Source: Olsenella sp.
Lineage (GTDB): Bacteria > Actinomycetota > Coriobacteriia > Coriobacteriales > Atopobiaceae
Assembly (NCBI GenBank): GCA_036454645.1
Contig: JAZHSQ010000003.1
Coordinates: forward strand, 20,504 to 84,503
Length of the DNA: 64,000 bases
Reading direction: 5' to 3'
The notes beneath the pieces are model-generated. The model had not been told where the DNA came from. It was given only the letters and a program-made list of their open reading frames with translations, and did no database searches. A program made the position numbers and the translations under genes. The stretch's first letter is position 1. Every line of letters begins with the position of its first letter. Positions 17,739-25,963 of the stretch are shown piece after piece.

Positions 17739-19922
17739 CTACATGATTCGCGTGCTCTCGAGCCTCTCCGCGACCCAGCGGTTGAGCCGCACGACTGGCT
17801 TGCGCAGGGCGAGGCCGAGCACGAGGGAGGGCACGAGGAAGCAGCAGAGCGCCGCGACCTCCATGACCCAGACGCTGCCGTAGAAGCCGGCGACGCACTC
17901 GTGCATCGCCGAGATGGCGTGGACGAAGGGCAGGTAGGGGTAAGCGGCCTGGAAGGAGGCCGGCAGCATCTCCACGGGGAAGGTGCCGCCCGAGCCCGCC
18001 ACCTGGATGACCAGCAGGAAGACGCAGATCGCCTTGCCCACGTCGCCGAAGCTGACCGTGAGCGCGTACATGACGTTCACGAAGACGACGGAGGCGACGA
18101 GGCAGGTGACGACGAAGGCGAGCGGGTGCTCGCACTGGATCCCCAGGTAGAAGATGTCGCCGAGGGAGACGAGCGTGGCCTGCATGAGCCCGAGGACGCA
18201 GAAGACGCCGAGGCGGCCCAGGTAGCGGTGGCGCGGCGCCGCGCCACCCACGGCCTCGGCCTCCCGGTCCGAGACGTCGACGCGCAGCATGGCGACGAGG
18301 ACGATGGCCCCGACCCACAGCGAGAGCGTGGTGTAGAAGCCGGCCATCGCCGAGCCGTTGTTGGCGACGGGGTAGATGGCGACGCGGTCGAGCGAGACCG
18401 GGGAGGCGAGGAACTCCGCGAGGTCGCGCGGGCCGGCGGAGAGGATCCGGCGCACCTGCTCGGCGTCGCCCGAGCTGGCGGCGGCCTTGAGCGAGGCGGA
18501 GAGGGCGTCCAGGTCGTCGGCCGTCCCCGAGACCCTCTCGGCGACCTCCGAGAGGGTCCCCTCGAGCCCGCGCAGGTCGGAGGCGGCCCTGCCGGAGGTC
18601 TCCGAGAGCGAGGCCGTGGTGGCGGCGAGCTCGTCGGAGATGCCCGCGGCGCCCCGCGCCGCCTCGTCGACCTTGTCGGCCAGGACGTCCACCGAGGGGC
18701 GCAGGCCCGTGCGGTAGGAGCCCCTGAGCGCGTCCACGTCCTCGCGGCCCTGCGAGACCAGGTCGTGCGCGGCCGCGCGGTCCGCCGAGACGTCCGCCAC
18801 GCCGTCGTCGATGCTGGCCTGGGCGGAGAGGAGCCGGTCGCGCAGGGAGGCGAGCCTGGCGGCGATGCCGTCCGCCTGCGTGGCGGCGGCCTCCGCGAGC
18901 GGCTGCGCGAGCGGGCCGAGCTCGGGCGAGACCTGCCTCAGGGCCTCGGCGAGGTCGGCGTAGGCGGCACGCTCGCCGTCGACCCTCCCGGCGAGGGAGG
19001 CGAGCTCGGCCGAGCCGTGGGAGGCCGAGGTCGCGGCGGCGTCGAAGGCCTCGTCGACGGCTGCGTCGAGGGAGTCGAGGCTGGTCGAGCCCGCGTCGAG
19101 CGCCGAGCCGATCGCGTCGGCCGCGCCGTCCAGGGCGTCGCCCGCCCCCCGGATGCCCGCGGCGCCCTCGGAGAGCGCCGCGGAGGGGGAGCCGGCCGCG
19201 TCGCCGGTGGCCTCGACGAGGGCGTTGGAGCCGTCGACGAGGTCGGCGGCCGAGGAGACGAGGCGGGCGTAGGCCGAGACGTGCCCGGAGACGGCGCGCA
19301 GGTCGCCCGCGCCGGAGTCGACGGAGCGCTCGAGGGAGGCGGCGAGGTCGAGCACCTCGTCGTCGTCGAGGTAGTCCTGCAGGTTGGCCAGGGCGCTCGC
19401 GCCGACCTCGCCCACGGTCTCGGTGAAGGTCTCGCGGATGTCGGACTGCACGGACGCCACGGCCTTGTCGGTCACAATCGGCGCGATCGCGTTGCGCTTC
19501 TCGTTGGTCTCGTAGACGAGGGTGGCGGGGTGGACGTCGTCGGAGGCGACGGAGAGCAGGGAGGAGGTGAAGTCCTCCGGGATCAGGATCGCCGCGTAGT
19601 AGCGCCCGGAGCGCACGCCCTCCTCGGCCTCCTCGCGCGAGGTGACCTCGTAGCCGATCTTGTCGCTCGCGCGCAGCTTGGCGGCCACCGCCTCGCCCAG
19701 GTTGAGGGTCATGGGCAGGCTCCTGGAGGTGTAGCCCTCGTCGCCGTTGGCGACGGCGACGCGCAGGCCGCGGGTGTTGCCGTAGGGGTCCCAGCTGCCG
19801 GCGATGTTGAACCAGGCGTAGAGCGACGGGATCACGACCAGGCCCACGCAGACCACGAGCGCGATCACGTTGCGCGTGGCGTTGCGGGCGTCGAGGCAGA
19901 GGATGCGCCAGACCTTCCTCAT
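17739..19922 (-). CDS. YhgE/Pip family membrane protein
   Basis: IPSLYAWFNIAGSWDPY, NEKRNAIAP, coiled-coil middle, VANNGSAMAGFY, QVAGSGGTFP. Confidence 0.93.
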   Translation of the reverse strand: MRKVWRILCLDARNATRNVIALVVCVGLVVIPSLYAWFNIAGSWDPYGNTRGLRVAVANGDEGYTSRSLPMTLNLGEAVAAKLRASDKIGYEVTSREEAEEGVRSGRYYAAILIPEDFTSSLLSVASDDVHPATLVYETNEKRNAIAPIVTDKAVASVQSDIRETFTETVGEVGASALANLQDYLDDDEVLDLAASLERSVDSGAGDLRAVSGHVSAYARLVSSAADLVDGSNALVEATGDAAGSPSAALSEGAAGIRGAGDALDGAADAIGSALDAGSTSLDSLDAAVDEAFDAAATSASHGSAELASLAGRVDGERAAYADLAEALRQVSPELGPLAQPLAEAAATQADGIAARLASLRDRLLSAQASIDDGVADVSADRAAAHDLVSQGREDVDALRGSYRTGLRPSVDVLADKVDEAARGAAGISDELAATTASLSETSGRAASDLRGLEGTLSEVAERVSGTADDLDALSASLKAAASSGDAEQVRRILSAGPRDLAEFLASPVSLDRVAIYPVANNGSAMAGFYTTLSLWVGAIVLVAMLRVDVSDREAEAVGGAAPRHRYLGRLGVFCVLGLMQATLVSLGDIFYLGIQCEHPLAFVVTCLVASVVFVNVMYALTVSFGDVGKAICVFLLVIQVAGSGGTFPVEMLPASFQAAYPYLPFVHAISAMHECVAGFYGSVWVMEVAALCCFLVPSLVLGLALRKPVVRLNRWVAERLESTRIM

Positions 19923-22555
19923 CGCTCGTCACCTCCCTCCGCGGGCCCGCCCTCGTCGTAGCGGTAGGCGACCGTGGCGCCGGGGGTCGCGGGCCCGCCG
20001 TCCGCGGCGTCGCCCTCGCGCTCGGCGAGCTCCCGGCCGAGGAGGGCGAAGACCTCGTCGGTGGTGAGGTTGGCCACGGCCATGCGCCTCTCGAGCGAGT
20101 CGTGGAGGTACTCGGTCACGATCAGCAGCGCGCACAGGGCCACGATCGTGGTGATCCAGAGCACGAAGAGCGGCAGCTTGGCGGGCCGCGGCGAGACGAA
20201 CATCGCCACCGCGAGGCCGATCGGCAGCGCGAGGAGGCCGACGAAGCCGCGCCGCTGGATCTGGGGGTAGCGGCGGCCGAAGCGCTCGAGCGAGCGGGCG
20301 AGGCGCCGGCGGTACTCCTCGGAGTGCATGAGGGTGCGGGCGAACAGGGCGAGGCGGTAGTGCTCGACCTCGGTGCCGTAGCGCTCGCAGATCATGAGGT
20401 CGGTGTCGGCCAGGCGGCGGTCGAAGAGGACGTTCACGTTGATGAGGGGGCGCCTGAGGGCGACCCCGACGACCAGCGCCGGCACGAGGAAGAGGAGCAG
20501 CATGAGGAGGTTGGTCGCGAAGTAGGAGCCGTACGCGCCGGCGACGGCCTCGCGCATGGCGTCGATGCCGTAGGTGAAGGGCAGCCACGGGTGGATGGCC
20601 TGGAAGAAGCCGGGCATCATCTCGATGGGGTAGGTGCCCGCCGAGCCGGGGATCTGCAGGATGACGAGGAGGACGCAGAGCGCCTTGCCCACGTGCTTGA
20701 ACGCGACCGAGAAGGCGTAGATCAGGTTCACGTAGACGAAGGACTCGACGAGCCCCGCGAGCACGAAGAGCGCCGGGCTCACGCACTGGATGCCGAGGGC
20801 CAGGTCGCCCAGGCAGCAGATGAGCCCCTGCAGCTCGCCGAGGGCGACGAAGAGCAGCCAGCGGCCGAAGTAGCCCTGCCACGGCTTGAAGCGCCCCACG
20901 CCCTCGCCGTCGACCTCCACCTTGTAGATGGCGACCAGCACGAAGCCGCCCACCCACAGCGCGAGGTTGGTGTAGAAGGGCGCCACGCCGGAGCCGTAGT
21001 TGGCGACGGGGAAGACGGGCCGCTCGTCGATCGTGACGGGGGAGGACATGAACGCGGCGACGGCGGAGGCGTCCGTCCGGCCGAGCTCGTCGATCCTCGC
21101 GAGGGCCTCGGAGGACTGGACGGCCGCCACGTCGGTCGCGACGCCGTCGAGCGCCTCGCGGACGCTCGCGAGCTCGTCCTGGGTGAGGCCGAGCGCCTCG
21201 TCGGCGTCGGCGAGCGTGCCGTCGAGCTGCGCGAGGACCGCCTCGGCCTGCTCGATGGTGGGGCGCACGCCCCCGAGGCCGCCCGCGAGGCCGCCCGCCG
21301 CCGAGGAGAGGGAGTCGAGCGCCCCGTCGAGCGCGGGCAGGGCGGTGGAGGTCAGCGCGACCTGGGCGTCGAGCACGGAGGAGGACGTGGTGCCGACGGC
21401 GCCGTCGATGGTGGAGGAGAGGCCCGAGACCGCGGCGGCGTCCGCCTTGAGGCCGTCGGAGGCCGTCTGGAGGCTCGCCACGAGCCGCTCGTCGGCCTCC
21501 TGCCGGCCCCTGAGCTCCTCGAGCAGGGCGTCCCACCTCGGTCGCAGCGACTCGCCCACGGAGGGCGTGATCTCGTCGAGCTGGTCGAGAAGGGCCTTGT
21601 TCTCCTCGTTCAGTCCGCGCGCCTGCGCGAGGTAGCCGTCGACGGTGGACTGGGCCGCGGCCACGCGGCCGGAGACGGTGCCGATGGCGGCGTTGGTCCT
21701 GCCGGAGACCCCCGTCGCCAGCGACGACGCCTCGGCGAGGGTGGTCGAGAGGCTCCGCGCGAGCCCCGCCCTGCCGCTCCGGGCGCTCGCGAGCTCGTCG
21801 GTCGCCTCGGCGAGGGTGGTGCTGGCGCCGTCGGCGGCCCCGGCGAGGGAGTCGAGGGTTCCCGCCGCCGAGGACGCGGTGGTGCGCGCCGAGGAGATGG
21901 TCTCCCGCGCGCCCGCGATCTTCTCCTCGAGGTCGGAGAGGGTGCCTGACGCCTCGCGCAGGCGGCTCCCCGCCCCCTCCGCGGCCTCGTTCGCGCTGGC
22001 GCTGACCTGGTCGCCGGCGCCCTGCATCTTCTCGATCACGACCTTGCTCGCCGTGGCGACGAAGGTCTCGTCGATCTTGGACTCGATCGTGTTGGCGCCC
22101 GTGTCGGTGACCTTGGGGGCGATGGGGTTGAGCTTCTCGTTTACGTAATAGGTGACCTTCGGCGAGGAGACGTCGCCCGAAAGCACGCCGGAGAGCTCCT
22201 GGGTGAAGGTCTCGGGGAGTACGATGGCGGCGAAGTAGCGGCCCGAGGTCACGCCGTCGACCGCCTCGCTCTCGTCCACGAACTGCCAGTCGAGCTGGTC
22301 GTTCTCGCCGAGCTCCTGGACGACCATGTCGCCGGCGTCCACGAAGCCCATCCCGGCGACCTCGGCGCCCCGGTCGTTGTTGGCCACGGCTACCGAGACG
22401 CCCTGGGTGTTCTTGTAGGGGTCCCAGTTGGCGAGGACGTTGAGCCAGGCGTAGAGCGACGGGATGACGCAGACGCCGAGGGTGACGACGACGGCCACCG
22501 GGTTCCTGAGGATGCGCCTGAGGTCGCGCCTGAAGATCTGGAGTGCCTTTTCCAC
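19919..22555 (-). CDS. YhgE/Pip family membrane protein
   Basis: GTG 22555 after CAGGAG (VEKALQIFRRD); IPSLYAWLNVLANWDPY, NEKLNPIAPKVTD, NYGSGVAPFY, QIPGSAGTYP; ATGA overlap with downstream paralog. Confidence 0.92.
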   Translation of the reverse strand: MEKALQIFRRDLRRILRNPVAVVVTLGVCVIPSLYAWLNVLANWDPYKNTQGVSVAVANNDRGAEVAGMGFVDAGDMVVQELGENDQLDWQFVDESEAVDGVTSGRYFAAIVLPETFTQELSGVLSGDVSSPKVTYYVNEKLNPIAPKVTDTGANTIESKIDETFVATASKVVIEKMQGAGDQVSASANEAAEGAGSRLREASGTLSDLEEKIAGARETISSARTTASSAAGTLDSLAGAADGASTTLAEATDELASARSGRAGLARSLSTTLAEASSLATGVSGRTNAAIGTVSGRVAAAQSTVDGYLAQARGLNEENKALLDQLDEITPSVGESLRPRWDALLEELRGRQEADERLVASLQTASDGLKADAAAVSGLSSTIDGAVGTTSSSVLDAQVALTSTALPALDGALDSLSSAAGGLAGGLGGVRPTIEQAEAVLAQLDGTLADADEALGLTQDELASVREALDGVATDVAAVQSSEALARIDELGRTDASAVAAFMSSPVTIDERPVFPVANYGSGVAPFYTNLALWVGGFVLVAIYKVEVDGEGVGRFKPWQGYFGRWLLFVALGELQGLICCLGDLALGIQCVSPALFVLAGLVESFVYVNLIYAFSVAFKHVGKALCVLLVILQIPGSAGTYPIEMMPGFFQAIHPWLPFTYGIDAMREAVAGAYGSYFATNLLMLLLFLVPALVVGVALRRPLINVNVLFDRRLADTDLMICERYGTEVEHYRLALFARTLMHSEEYRRRLARSLERFGRRYPQIQRRGFVGLLALPIGLAVAMFVSPRPAKLPLFVLWITTIVALCALLIVTEYLHDSLERRMAVANLTTDEVFALLGRELAEREGDAADGGPATPGATVAYRYDEGGPAEGGDER

Positions 22556-22750
22556 GGGGTTCTCCTGGGTCCGGGGATTGGGTGGGGGCGGCGTGCCCTG
22601 ACGGGCGGCGGCCGCGCCGGGGCGCGTCGCCTGGCGCCCTCGGTCCGGCGTCGCGTGACGTGAACTCCTTGTGTGCGCGCGGGACCCTCCTACTTTACCC
22701 CAGGTGCCTGTGGATAATGCAGGGTACGAATTCGGGAGAAAGCGGTCTTC

Positions 22751-23761
22751 ATGCGAAGCCTCCGGGACGCCGTGGACCGGCGCTACCTCAAGGTCGCCGC
22801 CTACGGCGTCTGCGCGGCCCTCCTCACCCTGCTCGCCGGCCTGCTGCTCTACCACTCCGGCGCCTTCTGGAGGGTCCTGCTCGACGTCGTCGGCTCGATC
22901 ATGCGGCCGCTGTGCCTCGGCCTGCTCGTCGCCTACCTCCTGAGCCCCGTGGTGGGCATGGTCGAGCGGCACCTGCCCTTCAGGAGCAGGGCGGTGAGGC
23001 GCGACCTCGCCGTGGCCCTCACCGTCGTCATGGTGCTCGCGGTGGTGGTCGTGCTCATGTTCGCCACCCTGAGCGCGCTCCTGAGGCAGATCCAGGAGGT
23101 GCGCCTGGAGGACCTCAACTACGTCTACACCGAGCTGACCAGCCGCTACCGGGACTTCGCGGACATGGCGGTCGAGCAGCTCGCCAAGGCCGGCATCTCG
23201 CTGGACAGCGTCACGTCGCGCGTCGCCAGGCGCATGGCGGGGGAGGCCCAGGAGGTCTTCTCCGGCTACCTGCGCGGGCAGTTCCTCGACGCCGTCCTGG
23301 TGGGCATCGAGGCGAGCGTCGCCCTCACCGTGGCGGGCGTGCCCTACGGCGCCATGATCGGCATCCTCACCGGCCTGGGCAACCTGATCCCCTACCTCAC
23401 GGGCTTCGTGGGCTACGGCACGCTGGCCGTCTCGTGCCTCGCCGCGGGCGACCTGCACAGGCTCGTGGTGGGCGGCGTGCTGCTCGCCGTCATCCTCGTC
23501 GTCGACTCCAACGTCGTGAACCCCAAGCTCCTGGGCACGACCGTCAAGGTGCACCCGCTGCTGGTCATCGCCTCCCTGATCGCGGGCGGCACGATCGGTG
23601 GCGTCCTCGGCATGCTCGTGGCCGTCCCCGTTGGCGCCTTCGTGAAGCTGCAGTTCGACCACTACCTCGATGCGCGCGCCGCCCGGGCGGCACGGCAGGC
23701 GGGCTCCGGCGAGGCCGTCGCCGCGCCCGACTGCGCCGAGCCCGGTTCGACGGAGGCGTAG
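22751..23761 (+). CDS. AI-2E family transporter (possibly internally deleted)
   Basis: AYLLSPVV, FSGYLRGQFLDA, NLIPY, NVVNPKLLG, VHPLLV, GMLVAVP. Confidence 0.85.
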   Translation: MRSLRDAVDRRYLKVAAYGVCAALLTLLAGLLLYHSGAFWRVLLDVVGSIMRPLCLGLLVAYLLSPVVGMVERHLPFRSRAVRRDLAVALTVVMVLAVVVVLMFATLSALLRQIQEVRLEDLNYVYTELTSRYRDFADMAVEQLAKAGISLDSVTSRVARRMAGEAQEVFSGYLRGQFLDAVLVGIEASVALTVAGVPYGAMIGILTGLGNLIPYLTGFVGYGTLAVSCLAAGDLHRLVVGGVLLAVILVVDSNVVNPKLLGTTVKVHPLLVIASLIAGGTIGGVLGMLVAVPVGAFVKLQFDHYLDARAARAARQAGSGEAVAAPDCAEPGSTEA

Positions 23762-23932
23762 GGCGCCGGCCGGCGGGAGCCCGGGGCGCAAGCCGGCCCG
23801 GGGCCTCGGGCCGGCGGGCTTGCGCGCCCCGCGCGCCCGCGCACGTTACAGCGTGTTGACGGCTTCCGCACGACGGGGCCCGAGGGCCTAAGGTTCTTCT
23901 CGACCACCCTCCCCGTCCACCCAGGAGGCCCC

Positions 23933-25120
23933 ATGACGGCCGACAAGAGCATCCGCCCGCAAGAGCCCTGCCCGGGGCGCGCCCCCTTCAGGCTCCCCGC
24001 CTACCACGAGCCCGACTTCTCGGCGCCCGCGCTCGCGTCGGCGCCCGACGCGCGCCTCGCCGTGGTCGAGCAGGACGGCGTGGCCCCCGAGGGCTTCCAC
24101 AGCACGTCGATGTACCCCGAGTACGTGAAGCTGCACGGGAGCTGGCACCTTGTTGCCGAGACGCGCATGGACGCCTCCGTGATCGTGCGCGAGGGCCCGG
24201 ACGGGGCGCCCTCCTTCGACGTCGAGGCCAACCGCGCGCTCCGGAGGGGCGACAGGATCGTGCTCGGCCGCAGCGAGGACGGCAGCGAGGGCGTGCTCGT
24301 GCACACGCACGGCTTCGACGAGGAGGGCGGCGCGCGCGACGCCGGCGGCGGCGAGTTCGTCTTCCGCCAGGGCAGGAGCCGCGAGACCTCCTTCGCGCGC
24401 GACTACGACAGGCTGATCGCGCTTTTGCGCCACGAGCGCGAGCACGGCAACGTCCTGTGGGTGATGGGCCCCGCCTTCGCCTTCGACTACGACGCGCGCC
24501 GCTTCATGCAGGCCATGATCGAGGCCGGCTACGTGGACGGGGTGCTCGCGGGCAACGCGCTGGCCACCCACGACCTGGAGGCCGCCCACCTGCACACGGC
24601 GCTCGGCCAGGACATCTACACGCAGCGCTGCATGCCGAGCGGCCACCACAACCACCTCGACGTGATCAACCGCGTGCGCCGCTGCGGCTCGATCGCCGCG
24701 TTCGTCGACGAGTACCACGTGGACAACGGCATCATGTACCAGCTGGAGAAGTCGCACGTTCCCTACGTCCTGGCCGGCTCCATCCGCGACGACGGCCCGC
24801 TGCCCGAGGTAGTGGGCAACGTGTACGAGGCGCAGGACCGCATGCGCGAGCTCGTGCGCAGCGCCACGACCGTCATCTGCCTCGCGACGATGCTGCACAC
24901 CATCGCGACGGGCAACCTCACCCCCTCGTTCCGCGTGACGGAGGACGGTACCGTCCGCCCGCTCTACCTCTACGCGGTCGACGCCGCGGAGTTCGTGGTC
25001 AACAAGCTGCAGGACAGAGGGTCGCTCTCCGCGACGGCCATCGTCACCAACGTGCAGGACTTCATCACCATCGTGGCGAAGGGCCTGGGCGTCGTGCCGA
25101 CGGCGGGCCCCTGGGGCTAG
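23933..25120 (+). CDS. TIGR00300 / LOR-SDH-domain protein (ornithine cyclodeaminase-like)
   Basis: DGVAPEGFHST, RMDA, VMGPA, LAGNALATHDLE, LAGSIRDDGPLP, TMLHTIATGN, NKLQDRGS. Confidence 0.85.
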   Translation: MTADKSIRPQEPCPGRAPFRLPAYHEPDFSAPALASAPDARLAVVEQDGVAPEGFHSTSMYPEYVKLHGSWHLVAETRMDASVIVREGPDGAPSFDVEANRALRRGDRIVLGRSEDGSEGVLVHTHGFDEEGGARDAGGGEFVFRQGRSRETSFARDYDRLIALLRHEREHGNVLWVMGPAFAFDYDARRFMQAMIEAGYVDGVLAGNALATHDLEAAHLHTALGQDIYTQRCMPSGHHNHLDVINRVRRCGSIAAFVDEYHVDNGIMYQLEKSHVPYVLAGSIRDDGPLPEVVGNVYEAQDRMRELVRSATTVICLATMLHTIATGNLTPSFRVTEDGTVRPLYLYAVDAAEFVVNKLQDRGSLSATAIVTNVQDFITIVAKGLGVVPTAGPWG

Positions 25121-25122
25121 CC

Positions 25123-25683
25123 ATGGGGCAGGCGAAGCGAGAAGGGCTCCTGATCAGGGAGGCCACGCCCGAGGACGCGCCCGCGCTCCTCGCCATCTAC
25201 GCGCCCTACGTGCGCGAGACGGCCATCTCCTTCGAGCTCGTGCCGCCCTCGGAGGAGGAGTTCCGCCGGAGGATCGCCTCGACGCTCGAGCGCTACCCCT
25301 ACCTCGTGGCCGAGCGCGCGCCCGAGCCGGGGGGCGCGCCGGTGCCCGTGGGCTACGCCTACGTCGGCCCCTTCCACGAGCGCGAGGCCTACCGCACGAG
25401 CGCCGAGACCTCGATCTACGTCGCCGCGGACGAGCGCGGCCACGGCGTGGGCCGCGCGCTCTATGACGAGCTCGAGCGCCGCTGCGCCGCGGCGGGCATC
25501 TGCAACCTCTACGCCTGCGTCGCCTACGCGAGCGCGCCCGACGCCCACCTCACCAACGCGAGCGCGGCCTTCCACGAGGCGCTCGGCTACCGCCTCGTCG
25601 GCAGGTTCGAGAAGTGCGCGCGCAAGTTCGGCACCTGGTACGACATGGTCTACCTCGAGAAGTTCGTCGCGCCCCACGAGTAG
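25123..25683 (+). CDS. GNAT N-acetyltransferase (phosphinothricin acetyltransferase-like)
   Basis: IREATPEDAPALLAIYAPYV, ISFE, GYAY, ETSIYV...RGHGVGRALY, FHEALGY, KFGTWYD. Confidence 0.9.
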   Translation: MGQAKREGLLIREATPEDAPALLAIYAPYVRETAISFELVPPSEEEFRRRIASTLERYPYLVAERAPEPGGAPVPVGYAYVGPFHEREAYRTSAETSIYVAADERGHGVGRALYDELERRCAAAGICNLYACVAYASAPDAHLTNASAAFHEALGYRLVGRFEKCARKFGTWYDMVYLEKFVAPHE

Positions 25684-25719
25684 GGCGCACCCGCGCCCGG
25701 GCCGCACGACCTTCTCGCC

Positions 25720-25750
25720 TGCCGTTCGCCACGAGAAGCTCGCCGTCCGC
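25720..25750 (+). promoter_or_regulatory. LytTR-type direct repeat upstream of cstA
   Basis: TGCCGTTCGC-N11-CGCCGTCCGC (21-bp period). Confidence 0.55.
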
Positions 25751-25823
25751 GATTCGGTACTTTACATCTGTGATAACCGAACATTTCGTATCAGTTTCTT
25801 TCTCCGCCGCATGAAGGGTGCCT

Positions 25824-25956
25824 GAAGTCCCAGTGACTAGGATTTCGGCCGACGCACGTGGAACGTCCGCGTGCGGCGATTGCGCGTTTGGGGGAGAGGC
25901 CCCCTGCGCATGACGCGGCGCCCGCGAGGGGGTCGTCAGAGCCCCGCAGGGGAGGT
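25824..25956 (+). ncRNA. Candidate structured 5' leader of cstA
   Basis: Five consecutive hairpins ending at the RBS; family not recognised. Confidence 0.35.
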
Positions 25957-25963
25957 TAGTAAC

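Noticed and set aside
19919-23791. 1290-aa Pip ORF
   Set aside because: Real start is GTG 22555 with an RBS; the extension is antisense to the AI-2E gene.
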